A DNA stretch of 64,000 nt, taken from contig CAWGLD010000007.1 in NCBI GenBank assembly GCA_963823335.1, positions 96,001 to 160,000 on the forward strand, read 5' to 3'. Positions 9,864-20,174 of this stretch are shown piece after piece. The notes under the pieces are model-generated. The model was not told the DNA's origin and did not search any database. It was given only the letters and a program-made list of their open reading frames with translations. A program made the position numbers and the translations under genes. Every line of letters begins with the position of its first letter. Position 1 is the first letter of the stretch. Source of the DNA: an uncultured delta proteobacterium (lineage in GTDB: Bacteria; Desulfobacterota; Desulfobacteria; Desulfobacterales; B30-G6).

Positions 9864-10646
9864 TCAGGTTCGATGCGAAGTGTTTTCTTTTCCCTTTATC
9901 TTCCCGGCTTCTTTCTGTCTGATATGCCTATAGCGCTTCAACATCACAACAGGCCCGGACAGAACGTAAATACTCCCACAAAGAAACAGCGCAATGGAAG
10001 GTTGGGAAGCAATAAAGATAAATATCAATATGGCAATTACCAACGAATTGAAATTCATCTTCCTGAACAGTTCCGGTTTTTTGAAGCTGTTGTACTTGAT
10101 GGAACTGACCATCAAAAAGGAAAGACTGTAGAGCATGATTAAAATAAGAATAGCGTTGGTATTCCCCACGATGTTCAATTTATGAAAGATCAGAACAGTG
10201 ACGGCATTCATGCCTGCACCCGCAGGTATCGGCAGACCGACGAAATGATCACTGTTGACCGTTTCAATCTGGGTGTTGAAACGAGCCAGGCGCAGGGCGC
10301 CGCATGCCATGAACAAAAAGGCCGCCAGCCAGCCGATTCTTCCCAAAGGTCTCAAGGCCCACAGATAAATCATCAAACCAGGGGCGATTCCAAAGGAAAT
10401 CAGATCAGCCAGAGAATCATATTCAATCCCGAATTTACTTGTAGTGCCTGTGGCCCGGGCGATTTTCCCATCGAGGTTGTCGAAGACGCCGGCAATGATA
10501 ATCGCTATGGCAGCGGCAACAAATTTACCGTCAATGGAGGCAATCACTGCATAGAAACCACAGAACAGGTTCATGGATGTAAACATGTTCGGTAAAATGT
10601 AGATGCCTCTGCGAAAGTTCTCTTTTCGAAATCGTCTATTTTTCAT
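9864..10646 (-). CDS. pssA: CDP-diacylglycerol--serine O-phosphatidyltransferase
   Basis: DG-x2-AR...G-x3-DSLAD-x2-SFG motif; RLARFN; adjacent to psd. Confidence 0.94.
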   Translation of the reverse strand: MKNRRFRKENFRRGIYILPNMFTSMNLFCGFYAVIASIDGKFVAAAIAIIIAGVFDNLDGKIARATGTTSKFGIEYDSLADLISFGIAPGLMIYLWALRPLGRIGWLAAFLFMACGALRLARFNTQIETVNSDHFVGLPIPAGAGMNAVTVLIFHKLNIVGNTNAILILIMLYSLSFLMVSSIKYNSFKKPELFRKMNFNSLVIAILIFIFIASQPSIALFLCGSIYVLSGPVVMLKRYRHIRQKEAGKIKGKENTSHRT

Positions 10647-11314
10647 GTCAATTTCCCTATGAGAGAAGTTCCTGCTTTGACCACATCACCGACAGTTACG
10701 GTGATCTGTGTATCAACCGGCAGGTATACATCGAGCCGTGACCCGAAACAGATCAGTCCAAATCGTTGACCCCGGATCATTGTATCGCCCTCCTGTATTC
10801 TGCAGATAATCCTTCGAGCCACAAGACCGGCAATCTGAACAAAACAGATGGTCTGACCATTTCCTGTTTTCAGAAAAACAGCATTGTGTTCGTTGAACCG
10901 GGAGGCTTTGTCCAGATTGGCCGAAAAAAATTTCCCGGGATAATAGTCCATTTTCGCTATACGCCCATCAAAAGGTACCCGGTTCACATGAACATTAAAG
11001 ACCGACATGAAAATGCTGATCTTCTGGCATGGACCTTCCACAAAATGCGTGTTCTCCAGACGCTCCACCTTGATGACCTTTCCATCGGCAGGCGACACGA
11101 CACCACCATCCAGAACGGGTGTCACCCTGTCCGGATCACGAAAAAAATAACAGATAAAGAACGTCACCAGCAAGCTCGGCAACGCCAGTACGGCAATTCC
11201 CAACAGAGCAAAAACAGCGGTGGTAAACGCGGCAACCCCTATGAAAGGGATTCCTGCCCTGTCTATGGGGAATGCAGACTGGCTGGGGTCTTCTGTCCGT
11301 GAAAATTTATTCAT
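10643..11314 (-). CDS. psd: phosphatidylserine decarboxylase
   Basis: FFRDP, SPADG, HVNR and FGS autocleavage motifs. Confidence 0.94.
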   Translation of the reverse strand: MNKFSRTEDPSQSAFPIDRAGIPFIGVAAFTTAVFALLGIAVLALPSLLVTFFICYFFRDPDRVTPVLDGGVVSPADGKVIKVERLENTHFVEGPCQKISIFMSVFNVHVNRVPFDGRIAKMDYYPGKFFSANLDKASRFNEHNAVFLKTGNGQTICFVQIAGLVARRIICRIQEGDTMIRGQRFGLICFGSRLDVYLPVDTQITVTVGDVVKAGTSLIGKLT

Positions 11315-11398
11315 TATTTACACCCACGCTCATGGGTTGTTTCTTGAAACTTTTTTTAATATCATTGATTCGATATCATGTCAATAATACACGGTATA

Positions 11399-12127
11399 TT
11401 ATCTGCCGTCTTGCACCTGAGCTTCAGACGCCTTGCAGGCAGGTATGTTTCCAGCATGGCGTTCAGCATCCGATCTGCGAATATAATACGGCAGCACCCC
11501 AGGCAGCTTTTGTGCTCCATTTTTCTGAAACTGCTTCAGGGCAAGTCTGGAGATGGTCTCGGCACGAATGGTGTCCCGACATGAATGCGAAAACTGAAAT
11601 AGCGGCCCCAGTGCCGCCTCAAATGTTTCCCTATAAAGACGAGCACCATTTCCGATGAACTGGCAGGACTCGCAAATATTCTTGACCAGCTCCGAGGGCG
11701 GGGCCACGCGATGCACACCAATCTGAGCCAGTTCTCCCTGTGCAGATTCATAAAGACCATAGTATACTTCGCTTCTGCGTGCGTCTATCACCGGGCAAAC
11801 TAATTTTGAGGGCAGGTCTGCCTGGGCAGCCAGAGCTGCCAGGCTGGTAACACCGACAACAGGTCTGGACAATGCATAGGCCAGACCCTTGATCGTGCCG
11901 ATACCGATACGCAGCCCTGTAAAAGTGCCGGGACCCGTAACCACAGCGAACCCATCGATTTCCTGAATAGAAATTCCGGAAGCGGCGAGGGTGTCATGGA
12001 TCATCCCCATCAGATGCCGCACATGCGTCTGGCCGTTGGCGTCGACAGATTCCGCAAGAACCTTGTCACCGTTGGCAACCCCCACGGTACAAGTAGATGT
12101 AGAGGTGTCAACTGAGAGTATCTTCAT
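11399..12127 (-). CDS. tsaB: t6A biosynthesis protein TsaB
   Basis: MKILSVDTS, GPGTFTGLRIG and DARR motifs; start overlaps the lon stop region. Confidence 0.93.
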   Translation of the reverse strand: MKILSVDTSTSTCTVGVANGDKVLAESVDANGQTHVRHLMGMIHDTLAASGISIQEIDGFAVVTGPGTFTGLRIGIGTIKGLAYALSRPVVGVTSLAALAAQADLPSKLVCPVIDARRSEVYYGLYESAQGELAQIGVHRVAPPSELVKNICESCQFIGNGARLYRETFEAALGPLFQFSHSCRDTIRAETISRLALKQFQKNGAQKLPGVLPYYIRRSDAERHAGNIPACKASEAQVQDGR

Positions 12128-14504
12128 GCTTTCCAATGCCACATGCAATTTCGAGCACCTGCTCCATCTGACGTACCTGGACAAAACGGATCTTTCGTTT
12201 GACATTATTGGGAATATCCACCAGATCAATTTTGTTCTTTTCCGGTATAATGATGGTTTTAATGCCAGCCCGTAATGCGCCCAACGCTTTTTCTTTCAGA
12301 CCACCGATAGGCAGTACCCTTCCCCGAAGGGTAATCTCGCCGGTCATGGCAACATTCTTGTCCACCGGATTGCCCGATAAAGTCGAAATCAGAGCGGTTG
12401 CCATGGCAATGCCTGCCGATGGACCATCTTTTGGTATGGCACCTGCCGGTACGTGGATGTGAACATCCGTATTCTCCAACGCTTCTTCATCAATACCGAA
12501 ACGTTTGAGATTTGCCCTGGCATAACTCAACGCTGCACGTGCGGATTCCTGCATAACTTCTCCCAGTTGCCCGGTAACGATCAGTTCGCCTTTGCCACCG
12601 ATAAGCGATGCCTCCACATAAAGAACCTCTCCACCCACCTGAGTCCAGGCCAGACCTGTAGACAAACCCACCTGGCTTTCCTCCTGATCCATTTCAGGAT
12701 AAAACTTTCGCACCCCCAGGTATCTATGAAGGTTGCCTCGGGTGATATTGAAGGGCTTTTTCTCGCCCTCGGCTATCTTGCGGGCAACCTTTCGACAAAG
12801 TGTACCGAGTTCCCGCTCAAGATTCCGAAGCCCGGCCTCGGAAGTATAGCCCTTGATGATATCCTCCAGCGCCCCGGAGCTCAGGGACAGCTGTTTTTTT
12901 CGTAAACCGTTCTCCTTGATCTGACGCTGCAGCAGATGCTTTTCGGCGATAACCATTTTCTCCTCTTCCGTGTAACCGGAAAGGGTCAGAATCTCCATAC
13001 GGTCAAGCAGAGCCGATGGGATGGTATCCACCATATTGGCAGTCAGGATGAACATGACATTCGACAGATCAAACGGAAGATTGAGGTAGTGATCACTGAA
13101 AGCATTATTCTGCTCGGGGTCGAGTGCTTCCAGCAGAGCCGATGACGGATCACCTCTGAAGTCCGAACCGACCTTGTCGATCTCATCCAGAATAAAAACC
13201 GGGTTTCTGGAGCCACACTGCTTCAGGCCCTGGAGAATTCTTCCCGGTAGTGCGCCCACATAAGTTCGCCGGTGGCCACGTATCTCAGCTTCATCCCGGA
13301 TTCCCCCCAGAGAAATCCGTGTAAATTTCCGTTTCATGGCCTTGGCAATGGACTGACCCAGGGATGTCTTCCCCACACCCGGAGGCCCCACAAAACAGAG
13401 GATCGGCCCTTTTGTTTTCTTGTTGAGCTTGCGAACGCTCAAGTATTCCAGAATGCGGTCCTTTATTTTTTCGAGTCCGAAATGATCCTTGTCCAGGACC
13501 TCTTTGGCCTTCACAATATCGATCATGTCTTTGGTGGATTTCTGCCATGGCATTTCCACCAACCAGTCCAGATAAGATCTCACAACGCCGGACTCGGCAG
13601 AATCCGGATGCATCTGCTCGAGCCTTTTCAGCTGTTTGAAGGCCTCCTGTTCGGCTTCTCTGGACATTTTCGCTTTTTTGATCTTGGCCTTGTATTCCTG
13701 AACCTCTTTGCCCTTTTCATCCAACTCGCCCAGTTCCCGGTGTATGGCTCTGACCTGCTCTCGAAGAAAATAATCCCGTTGACTCTTGGAAATCTCGTCC
13801 TTGACATCGGACTGGATTTTAGCCTGCATCGCCGAGAGTTCAAGCTCCTTGGCAATCAGATCATTGACTTTCCGAAGCCGCTCAATGGGGTTAATCAGTT
13901 CAAGAAGCTGTTGAGCCTCATCAATTTTCAATTTCAAATTGGAGGCCACCAGATCGGCTAACTTCCCGGGATCGTCGATACTTTCGAGTATGGCGCTGAC
14001 ATCGCCTGTCAATTCACCCCGGAGTGCCAGAATCTTTTCTGAATGATCACGGATAATACGCATCAGCGCTTTGGTCTCCAGATCAGGCTGCTCCATGGAC
14101 TCCTCTTTGAGGATGTCGATATTGACCCGAAAAAGTGATCGTTTGCGAACATATTTCTTGATTTTTGCCTTGGCAATACCCTGAACCAGCGCTTTAACCC
14201 GTCCATCCGGCAGTTTCAGCATGCGCAAAATTTTACAGACGGTTCCGATGGTATAGATATCGCCCTCCTTGGGGTTCTCGATACCGGGTTCTGTCTGCGT
14301 CGCCACCAGCAGAAAGCGCGTTTTGGAAACCGCCTCCTCTACAGCGCGCACCGACTTTTCTCTGCCGACAAAAAGCGGCAGCAGCATATCGGTAAAAATG
14401 ACGACATCCCGTACCGGCATCAAAGGAAGTGTTTTGGGGATCTCTTCCTCCAGCCCGTCATCCTCAATAATACTGATTAAATCGTCTTTATCTGTTTCAG
14501 CCAT
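12108..14504 (-). CDS. lon: ATP-dependent Lon protease
   Basis: GPPGVGKTS Walker A; catalytic PKDGPSAG; 798 aa. Confidence 0.97.
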   Translation of the reverse strand: MAETDKDDLISIIEDDGLEEEIPKTLPLMPVRDVVIFTDMLLPLFVGREKSVRAVEEAVSKTRFLLVATQTEPGIENPKEGDIYTIGTVCKILRMLKLPDGRVKALVQGIAKAKIKKYVRKRSLFRVNIDILKEESMEQPDLETKALMRIIRDHSEKILALRGELTGDVSAILESIDDPGKLADLVASNLKLKIDEAQQLLELINPIERLRKVNDLIAKELELSAMQAKIQSDVKDEISKSQRDYFLREQVRAIHRELGELDEKGKEVQEYKAKIKKAKMSREAEQEAFKQLKRLEQMHPDSAESGVVRSYLDWLVEMPWQKSTKDMIDIVKAKEVLDKDHFGLEKIKDRILEYLSVRKLNKKTKGPILCFVGPPGVGKTSLGQSIAKAMKRKFTRISLGGIRDEAEIRGHRRTYVGALPGRILQGLKQCGSRNPVFILDEIDKVGSDFRGDPSSALLEALDPEQNNAFSDHYLNLPFDLSNVMFILTANMVDTIPSALLDRMEILTLSGYTEEEKMVIAEKHLLQRQIKENGLRKKQLSLSSGALEDIIKGYTSEAGLRNLERELGTLCRKVARKIAEGEKKPFNITRGNLHRYLGVRKFYPEMDQEESQVGLSTGLAWTQVGGEVLYVEASLIGGKGELIVTGQLGEVMQESARAALSYARANLKRFGIDEEALENTDVHIHVPAGAIPKDGPSAGIAMATALISTLSGNPVDKNVAMTGEITLRGRVLPIGGLKEKALGALRAGIKTIIIPEKNKIDLVDIPNNVKRKIRFVQVRQMEQVLEIACGIGKHEDTLS

Positions 14505-14543
14505 CTGTGTTCCTGGTTCCTTTCTTCCAAGTTGAGCGCTTCA

Positions 14544-14650
14544 ATTTTATACCGCTTGTCATAATACTGGTCCGAAAATAGGATGGCGGCATAAGGGGTT
14601 GTAGCAGAAAAAAGGTCCTCAATCGGAACGTTTTTCTGACAACCCCTATA
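14544..14650 (-). repeat. about 107-bp dispersed repeat, copy 1
   Basis: Near-identical (reverse complement) to 35423-35529 and to 51486-51575. Confidence 0.9.
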
Positions 14651-14783
14651 AAGCAAATTAAACACACTACTATAAGACCGAAATCTTTTATTACAATACC
14701 CATCATAAAATCATCACAGGTATTGAGGGTCATACCATTATCATTTACAAAATTTGTAAATTATGGCATAGACACGCGGTAAT

Positions 14784-15545
14784 ATGATAGAATTTATTTT
14801 ATTCATTTTCGGAATTTGTGTCGGCAGTTTTCTAAATGTATGCATATACAGACTGCCCAATTCCAAATCGATCGTATATCCCCCGTCTGCCTGTCCCGGG
14901 TGCAATACCCCCATCCGCTTTTATGACAACATTCCCATCCTCAGCTTTCTTCTGCTCAGGGGGAAGTGCCGCACTTGTAAGGCGGTTATTTCAATTCGTT
15001 ATCCCCTGGTTGAATTGATGACCGGTCTGTTTGCCGTTTGTGCTTATCTTAAATTCGGCCTCACACTGGAAGCCCTGATCATGTATCTCTTTATTGCATC
15101 ACTGATCGTAATTACCTTCATTGATATCGATCACCGCATTATTCCCGATCTCATATCCCTGCCGGGCATCCCCATCGGTTTTGCCGCTTCCTTTTTTTCT
15201 CCGGCGATCACGTATATGGAATCCCTGCTCGGAATACTGGTGGGGGGCGGCAGTCTGCTGATCGTGGCGTGGGTTTACAAGCTGATCACACACAAAGAAG
15301 GCATGGGTGGCGGAGACATCAAACTTCTGGCCATGATCGGTGCATTTGTGGGGTGGCAGGGTGTGCTGCTGACGGTATTTCTTTCGTCGGCTATCGGAAC
15401 CCTCTGCGGCCTGCTGGTCATGGTCCGGTCAGGAAAAAACATGAAACTGGCAATTCCTTTCGGTCCATTTCTCGCCACGGGGACCATGATACATATTTTT
15501 TTTGGCAAGGAGTTGATTTTCTGGTATTTTTACACTTTGACCTAA
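14784..15545 (+). CDS. pilD: prepilin peptidase
   Basis: GSFLNV, two CxxC pairs, GMGGGDIKL and PFGPFLA motifs. Confidence 0.95.
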   Translation: MIEFILFIFGICVGSFLNVCIYRLPNSKSIVYPPSACPGCNTPIRFYDNIPILSFLLLRGKCRTCKAVISIRYPLVELMTGLFAVCAYLKFGLTLEALIMYLFIASLIVITFIDIDHRIIPDLISLPGIPIGFAASFFSPAITYMESLLGILVGGGSLLIVAWVYKLITHKEGMGGGDIKLLAMIGAFVGWQGVLLTVFLSSAIGTLCGLLVMVRSGKNMKLAIPFGPFLATGTMIHIFFGKELIFWYFYTLT

Positions 15546-15571
15546 ATTGAGCGCTTCCGGACCTGAATAAG

Positions 15572-16297
15572 ATGAGATTAGCAATCATATCCGATATCCA
15601 TGGCAATATGGACGCACTGGATGAAGTCTTTGCAGATATTGAAAAATCCAGTGTCGATGCCACCATATGCCTGGGTGATATGGTGGGATACGGCCCAGAA
15701 CCTGAAGCGGTGATCCAGGCAATCCGTGAACGGAACATTTCTACCCTGATGGGAAACCATGAACTATCCATTCTCGATCCAAAATACCTTGCCTGGTTCA
15801 ACCCCCTGGCCCGGCTATCGATACAGAAAACCATACCGATGCTCTCTGAAAAATCCCTTGACTTCATCGCCAGCCTGAAAACATTCGTCTCCCAAGGTCA
15901 GGCCAGGTTTGTGCATGGCTTCCCTCCGGATTCTGTCATTACGTATCTTTTCCAGATCGAAGAACCGGCCTTTTGCAGTGCTTTTGAATCCCTGTCGGAA
16001 AATTTGTGTTTTGTGGGCCACACGCACAAACTCGAATTCGTAAGCTACAAGGACGGTACTGTGATACGAGGCCCCTTGATTAAGGGCGTAATGCAATTGC
16101 GTAAAGAAAAAAAATATATTATCAATGTAGGCAGTGTGGGGCAGCCCAGAGATGGCAACAACACCGCCAAATACGCCATTTGGGATCAAACTGAAAACCT
16201 CATCCAGGTTAAATTTATACCGTATCATATCGCCAAGGTCACCAATAAAATCATTGAGGCGGGTCTGCCTGATGCCCATGCCGAGAGGTTGTGGTAA
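15572..16297 (+). CDS. metallophosphoesterase family protein
   Basis: SDIHGN, GDMVGYG, GNHE, GHTH and GSVGQPRD motifs. Confidence 0.9.
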   Translation: MRLAIISDIHGNMDALDEVFADIEKSSVDATICLGDMVGYGPEPEAVIQAIRERNISTLMGNHELSILDPKYLAWFNPLARLSIQKTIPMLSEKSLDFIASLKTFVSQGQARFVHGFPPDSVITYLFQIEEPAFCSAFESLSENLCFVGHTHKLEFVSYKDGTVIRGPLIKGVMQLRKEKKYIINVGSVGQPRDGNNTAKYAIWDQTENLIQVKFIPYHIAKVTNKIIEAGLPDAHAERLW

Positions 16298-16340
16298 TGA
16301 AATCGCTCTGCGATTTCATCTGGCGCGGCTTCGCCGCTTA
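16297..16340 (+). repeat. double-hairpin repeat, copy 1
   Basis: ATGAAATCGC-tct-GCGATTTCAT followed by GCGGC-ttc-GCCGC; homologous to 61755-61795 and 62017-62057. Confidence 0.7.
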
Positions 16341-16341
16341 T

Positions 16342-16398
16342 TAGAAGCCATCTCAAAAGTAGGATTTAGGCCAAAAGACATTTTTTAGATAGCTTCTA
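16342..16398. mobile_element. MITE, internally deleted (57 bp)
   Basis: Ends TAGAAGCCATCTCAAAA / TTTTTAGATAGCTTCTA shared with 58482-58627. Confidence 0.7.
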
Positions 16399-16505
16399 TA
16401 GACAAATGGCTGTAGGTTTTAACATAGAAAGCAATTAGCCCATATCTGGAAGCAATCAGTTCTGCTAACAGCCTATTGCTTACAGCTATCGAAGGAGTCA
16501 ATTGA

Positions 16506-17111
16506 ATGCAAAAAACAATCAAATCAATATATGTAATCATGATCCTGTCCATTGTCATGGCTGCTTCACCGGCCATGGCCAGATCTTATCATTTTGAGAT
16601 GTATGCCAATACCAATGATGTTGTACTGGGGCTTGAATCGGAAGCGCCCATAGCGGAGGAGGCCGTTCTCAATATCGGCGGCGGGCTCATCTTCAGCAAT
16701 GAGGACTACACTATCGGCAATCTACATTTTTCTCTGAAAGGAGAGGCCTTTAGGCCTGCCCTGACCCTTGGACTGGGTTTAAAAGGTGTTCTGGGAACGG
16801 CAGAGAATGGCAATGATGACTATGATCTGGCAGGCCTGGGATTTGTCGTTCTAGGCGAGTACGACTTCAGGAAAGTCTATTATAATTTCCCCGTCGTCGT
16901 GCTGAGCGATATCACTTTTGCACCCGCCACTTTGGCATTCGGGGATACGGACGACTACACCGAGTTCAATCTGCGTGCAAAGGGATATATTGTTCAATCT
17001 GCAGCCCTTGTTCTGGGTTATAAGAAAATCGTGGTCAATTTCGACAAAGGCTCCGATGATTACAAACTCTCAGATGATATGTTTTATTTTGGATTTGAAT
17101 TTGCGTTTTGA
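16506..17111 (+). CDS. YfaZ-like outer-membrane beta-barrel protein
   Basis: Signal peptide, amphipathic strands, 'FAPATLAFGD' and C-terminal Phe. Confidence 0.65.
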   Translation: MQKTIKSIYVIMILSIVMAASPAMARSYHFEMYANTNDVVLGLESEAPIAEEAVLNIGGGLIFSNEDYTIGNLHFSLKGEAFRPALTLGLGLKGVLGTAENGNDDYDLAGLGFVVLGEYDFRKVYYNFPVVVLSDITFAPATLAFGDTDDYTEFNLRAKGYIVQSAALVLGYKKIVVNFDKGSDDYKLSDDMFYFGFEFAF

Positions 17112-17117
17112 GGTGCC

Positions 17118-17172
17118 ATAAGCAGTAAGCAGTAAGCTCTAAACTGCTTACCGCTTACTGCTTACTGCTTAT
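17118..17172. repeat. solo hairpin of inverted (AGCAGTA)n heptamers between convergent genes
   Basis: ATAAGCAGTAAGCAGTAAGC...GCTTACCGCTTACTGCTTACTGCTTAT; overlaps the mrp stop codon. Confidence 0.8.
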
Positions 17173-18014
17173 TGGATCAACCGCGCCACCTTGTCGGCGA
17201 TGCTGGATATTGCCTTTGCCGCCTCCGAGTCTGCATATTTCTCCTGGATGGAACAGCCATCATCACTGCAGGCCACGACTTTGGGATCCATGGGTATTCT
17301 TCCCAGAAAGGGTATACTGGCCGCCGCCGCTGTTCTCTCTCCACCACCCGACCCGAAAATATCCACTTTCTCACCGCAGTGCGGGCATACAAATCCGCTC
17401 ATGTTTTCGATCATTCCAAAAATCTCCATTTTCACGGTATTGCAGAAACTGATGGATTTGCGGACATCTGCCAGGGAAACCTCCTGGGGCGTCGTCACGA
17501 TGATGGCCTTGGCATCCTTGATGGTCTGAGCAATGGTGAGGGGTTCATCACCGGTACCTGGCGGTGAATCGATGATCAAAAAATCAAGATTGCCCCATTC
17601 CACATCACCGATAAACTGTTTGATGGCTGAATACTTGATGGGTCCCCGCCATATAATGGCGTCATCCTTGCTCGCGGTCAGTGATTCAATGGAGATAACC
17701 TTTAGATTTTCCATGCGGCGCATGGGTTCAAGTTTTTTACCGCTGCTCAAATCGAGCATGCCCTTGAGCCCAAGCATTCTGGGAACATCCGGTCCATGCA
17801 GATCGACATCCATGATACCCACCTGATAACCTTTGTTGGCCAGCGCAATGGCAAGGTTGATGGACGTGCTGGTTTTACCGACCCCGCCTTTGCCGCTCAT
17901 GACGATGAGTTTGTGCTTGATATTTTTCAATGTTTTTTCTACGGCGGCATCCTGTTCCGCCTGAGGATTTTTTTTCTGACTTGCTGAGTTCATGCTTTCG
18001 TGTATCTGGGCCAT
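17169..18014 (-). CDS. Mrp/NBP35 (ApbC) Fe-S carrier ATPase
   Basis: SGKGGVGKT, DSPPGTGD and ENMS..CPHC motifs; start at MAQIHES with AGGAG RBS. Confidence 0.92.
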   Translation of the reverse strand: MAQIHESMNSASQKKNPQAEQDAAVEKTLKNIKHKLIVMSGKGGVGKTSTSINLAIALANKGYQVGIMDVDLHGPDVPRMLGLKGMLDLSSGKKLEPMRRMENLKVISIESLTASKDDAIIWRGPIKYSAIKQFIGDVEWGNLDFLIIDSPPGTGDEPLTIAQTIKDAKAIIVTTPQEVSLADVRKSISFCNTVKMEIFGMIENMSGFVCPHCGEKVDIFGSGGGERTAAAASIPFLGRIPMDPKVVACSDDGCSIQEKYADSEAAKAISSIADKVARLIQ

Positions 18015-18175
18015 GGTGACCTTCTCCTTTTTGATATGTCCCAAGCTGAGCAATTGCCGATCTACCGCATCTAGGGCATCAAATGCCACCCCATTGTTCA
18101 CTATAGCGGAACAGCATCTTCCTTGTAGCTACGGCAACCTCGACAATCCCTCAACTTAGGTTTGTCTTGGTGATT

Positions 18176-18598
18176 CTATTTCCGATTTTGAGTCGTTCGA
18201 TAAAAATCAATGCTCCTACATGACGGACAGTGATTCGGCCGCCCTGTGCCAAAGGGTTCTTTCCATTCATGGTGACAGGTCTGGCACTCAAATCGACGGA
18301 TGTCATCCATCATTTTATAAGAGCCGCCTTCCACCCGGACAGCTTTGCCGTTGATGATGGCATCGGCAATTGTTTTTCTGGCCCGCTGGACGATTCTGCC
18401 GAAAGTCGCCCTGGAAACGCCCATCTGACTGCCGGCCAATTCATGGGACATGTTTTCCAGGTCAGCCAGCCGAATGGACTCCCTTTCATCAACAGTAAGA
18501 CAGACCTCTTCCAAATCAAGTACCGGTATACCCCGTGGTTTGAAGTAATTGATTTTGGGGTTGAATCCAACCAGTCGATCCTTTTTTGGTCTTACCAT
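18176..18598 (-). CDS. DUF134 HTH protein with C-terminal Zn ribbon
   Basis: FKPRG..., MGVSRATF, CxxC...CPxC. Confidence 0.85.
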   Translation of the reverse strand: MVRPKKDRLVGFNPKINYFKPRGIPVLDLEEVCLTVDERESIRLADLENMSHELAGSQMGVSRATFGRIVQRARKTIADAIINGKAVRVEGGSYKMMDDIRRFECQTCHHEWKEPFGTGRPNHCPSCRSIDFYRTTQNRK

Positions 18599-18638
18599 GG
18601 CGTCTCCATTATAAGCAAATGCTCATTATAATCCTTTT

Positions 18639-19256
18639 TCATTCGAATGCAAATAAATAGTTGAGTCCGTCCCTCAGGAACAGCACCCCGAATCCGATCA
18701 GAACCAGTCCCAGTAATCTGATAATCATTTTATAGTGGCGACTTTTCAAAAGGTTTCGGGATCTTCCCGAAACAATTGCTATCACGATTTTGGATCCCAC
18801 CAGCAGCACATAAAAAGGAAAGATAAAGGCGGCAGCTGAAACAAGCGACGTGCTGGATGCTTTTAAAACAAGGGGTCCGCCGATGGATGTCCAAAACATA
18901 TAGGGACTAGGGTTCAGGAAATTGACCATCAGACCCTTTTTAAGGGATTTGGGATCGACATCTTCCTGGAGATTCACGGTCTTGAAACGGACACTGTTCA
19001 GGCCAAGATAAAACAGATACAGTCCTCCGAACATGGATATCACACCCAGGGCAGGTGCCATGTCTGAAAAAACGGATAGAAACAGTAGACATGCGATGAC
19101 AATCGGTGTGTCCGTCAACAAGGGGGCCAGAGCTACTTTGACCCCCTCCCGGATGCCATGTTTGAGGGTCTGGGAGATAACCAGGGTGAGCATGGGACCG
19201 GGGGACAATCCCGCACTCAGCCCCAATATCATTCCCGAAATAAACAGGGACTTCAT
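18639..19256 (-). CDS. LysE family exporter
   Basis: SPGP and NFLNP motifs; hydrophobic, about 205 aa. Confidence 0.85.
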   Translation of the reverse strand: MKSLFISGMILGLSAGLSPGPMLTLVISQTLKHGIREGVKVALAPLLTDTPIVIACLLFLSVFSDMAPALGVISMFGGLYLFYLGLNSVRFKTVNLQEDVDPKSLKKGLMVNFLNPSPYMFWTSIGGPLVLKASSTSLVSAAAFIFPFYVLLVGSKIVIAIVSGRSRNLLKSRHYKMIIRLLGLVLIGFGVLFLRDGLNYLFAFE

Positions 19257-20062
19257 TCTTTGATACCCTGATTCATGCTGCCCTGAACATACCCTGCCAG
19301 ATCGACAGCAATAAAGGAGAATCCGATCTTTTTCATTTTTTCCACCAGATTTCGGCGCAGGGCACTATCCTGAAAGCGGGGGATATCTGCCTCCGAAACC
19401 TCGATGCGGGCGATGGTATCATGATACCTGACCCGGCAGGAGCGAAAACCTTCCCTATGGAGCACCGTTTCAGCGGCGTCCACCATTTCAAGCCGCCTCC
19501 CGGTCAATCGGGTGCCATAGGGTATGCGGGATGCCAGACAGGCCATGGCCGGTTTATCCCAGGTACTCAGGTTGAGTTGTTTGGAAAGAACCCGGATCTC
19601 CTGTTTTCCGAGACCCGCCTCCAGTAAGGGTGCCACGATTCCCAACTCGTCGGCAGCCCGAAAACCTGGCCGAAAATCCTGCAGATCATCTGCATTGGCA
19701 CCATGGGCCACATGGGCCAAACCCAATTCTTGTGCCATGGACAATAAATCCTGAAAAAGAAATCGCTTGCAGCGATAACACCTGTCACGATCGTTCTTGA
19801 CGAAAACGGTGTCCTCCAGCGCCCGGCCTTTGATGGTGACATGCTGTACACCCATAGCTCTGGCCTGTTCCATGGCAGCTTCTTTTTCATGGGCCGGCTG
19901 AAGAGCAGATATCGCCGTAACGGCAACGACCCGGTCTTTTAGCACATCGTGTGATATCTTCAGCAGGAGTGTGCTGTCAACGCCTCCGGAGAAAGCAACC
20001 AGAACCGATTTCAAGGCAGTGATTCTTCTCATGAGGGCTGTTTTCTTTTGTGCTAAATCCAA
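19253..20062 (-). CDS. larE: ATP-dependent sacrificial sulfur transferase, LarE family
   Basis: AFSGGVDS, RCYRCK, RPG, ACLASRIPYG and RVRYH motifs. Confidence 0.85.
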   Translation of the reverse strand: MDLAQKKTALMRRITALKSVLVAFSGGVDSTLLLKISHDVLKDRVVAVTAISALQPAHEKEAAMEQARAMGVQHVTIKGRALEDTVFVKNDRDRCYRCKRFLFQDLLSMAQELGLAHVAHGANADDLQDFRPGFRAADELGIVAPLLEAGLGKQEIRVLSKQLNLSTWDKPAMACLASRIPYGTRLTGRRLEMVDAAETVLHREGFRSCRVRYHDTIARIEVSEADIPRFQDSALRRNLVEKMKKIGFSFIAVDLAGYVQGSMNQGIKE

Positions 20063-20174
20063 TGCCTGACTCTCATTAAAAAAATGTTTACAAAAAGGTC
20101 TTGATAATTTATAGTTTTTAACAATTCGAAACGTTCTTATACGTCAATTTCATTGTATTTTAAAGGGGTTTTTC

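Noticed and set aside
14744-14760. Palindrome TTTACAAAATTTGTAAA between lon and pilD
   Set aside because: Single AT-rich instance that I cannot assign to a regulator.
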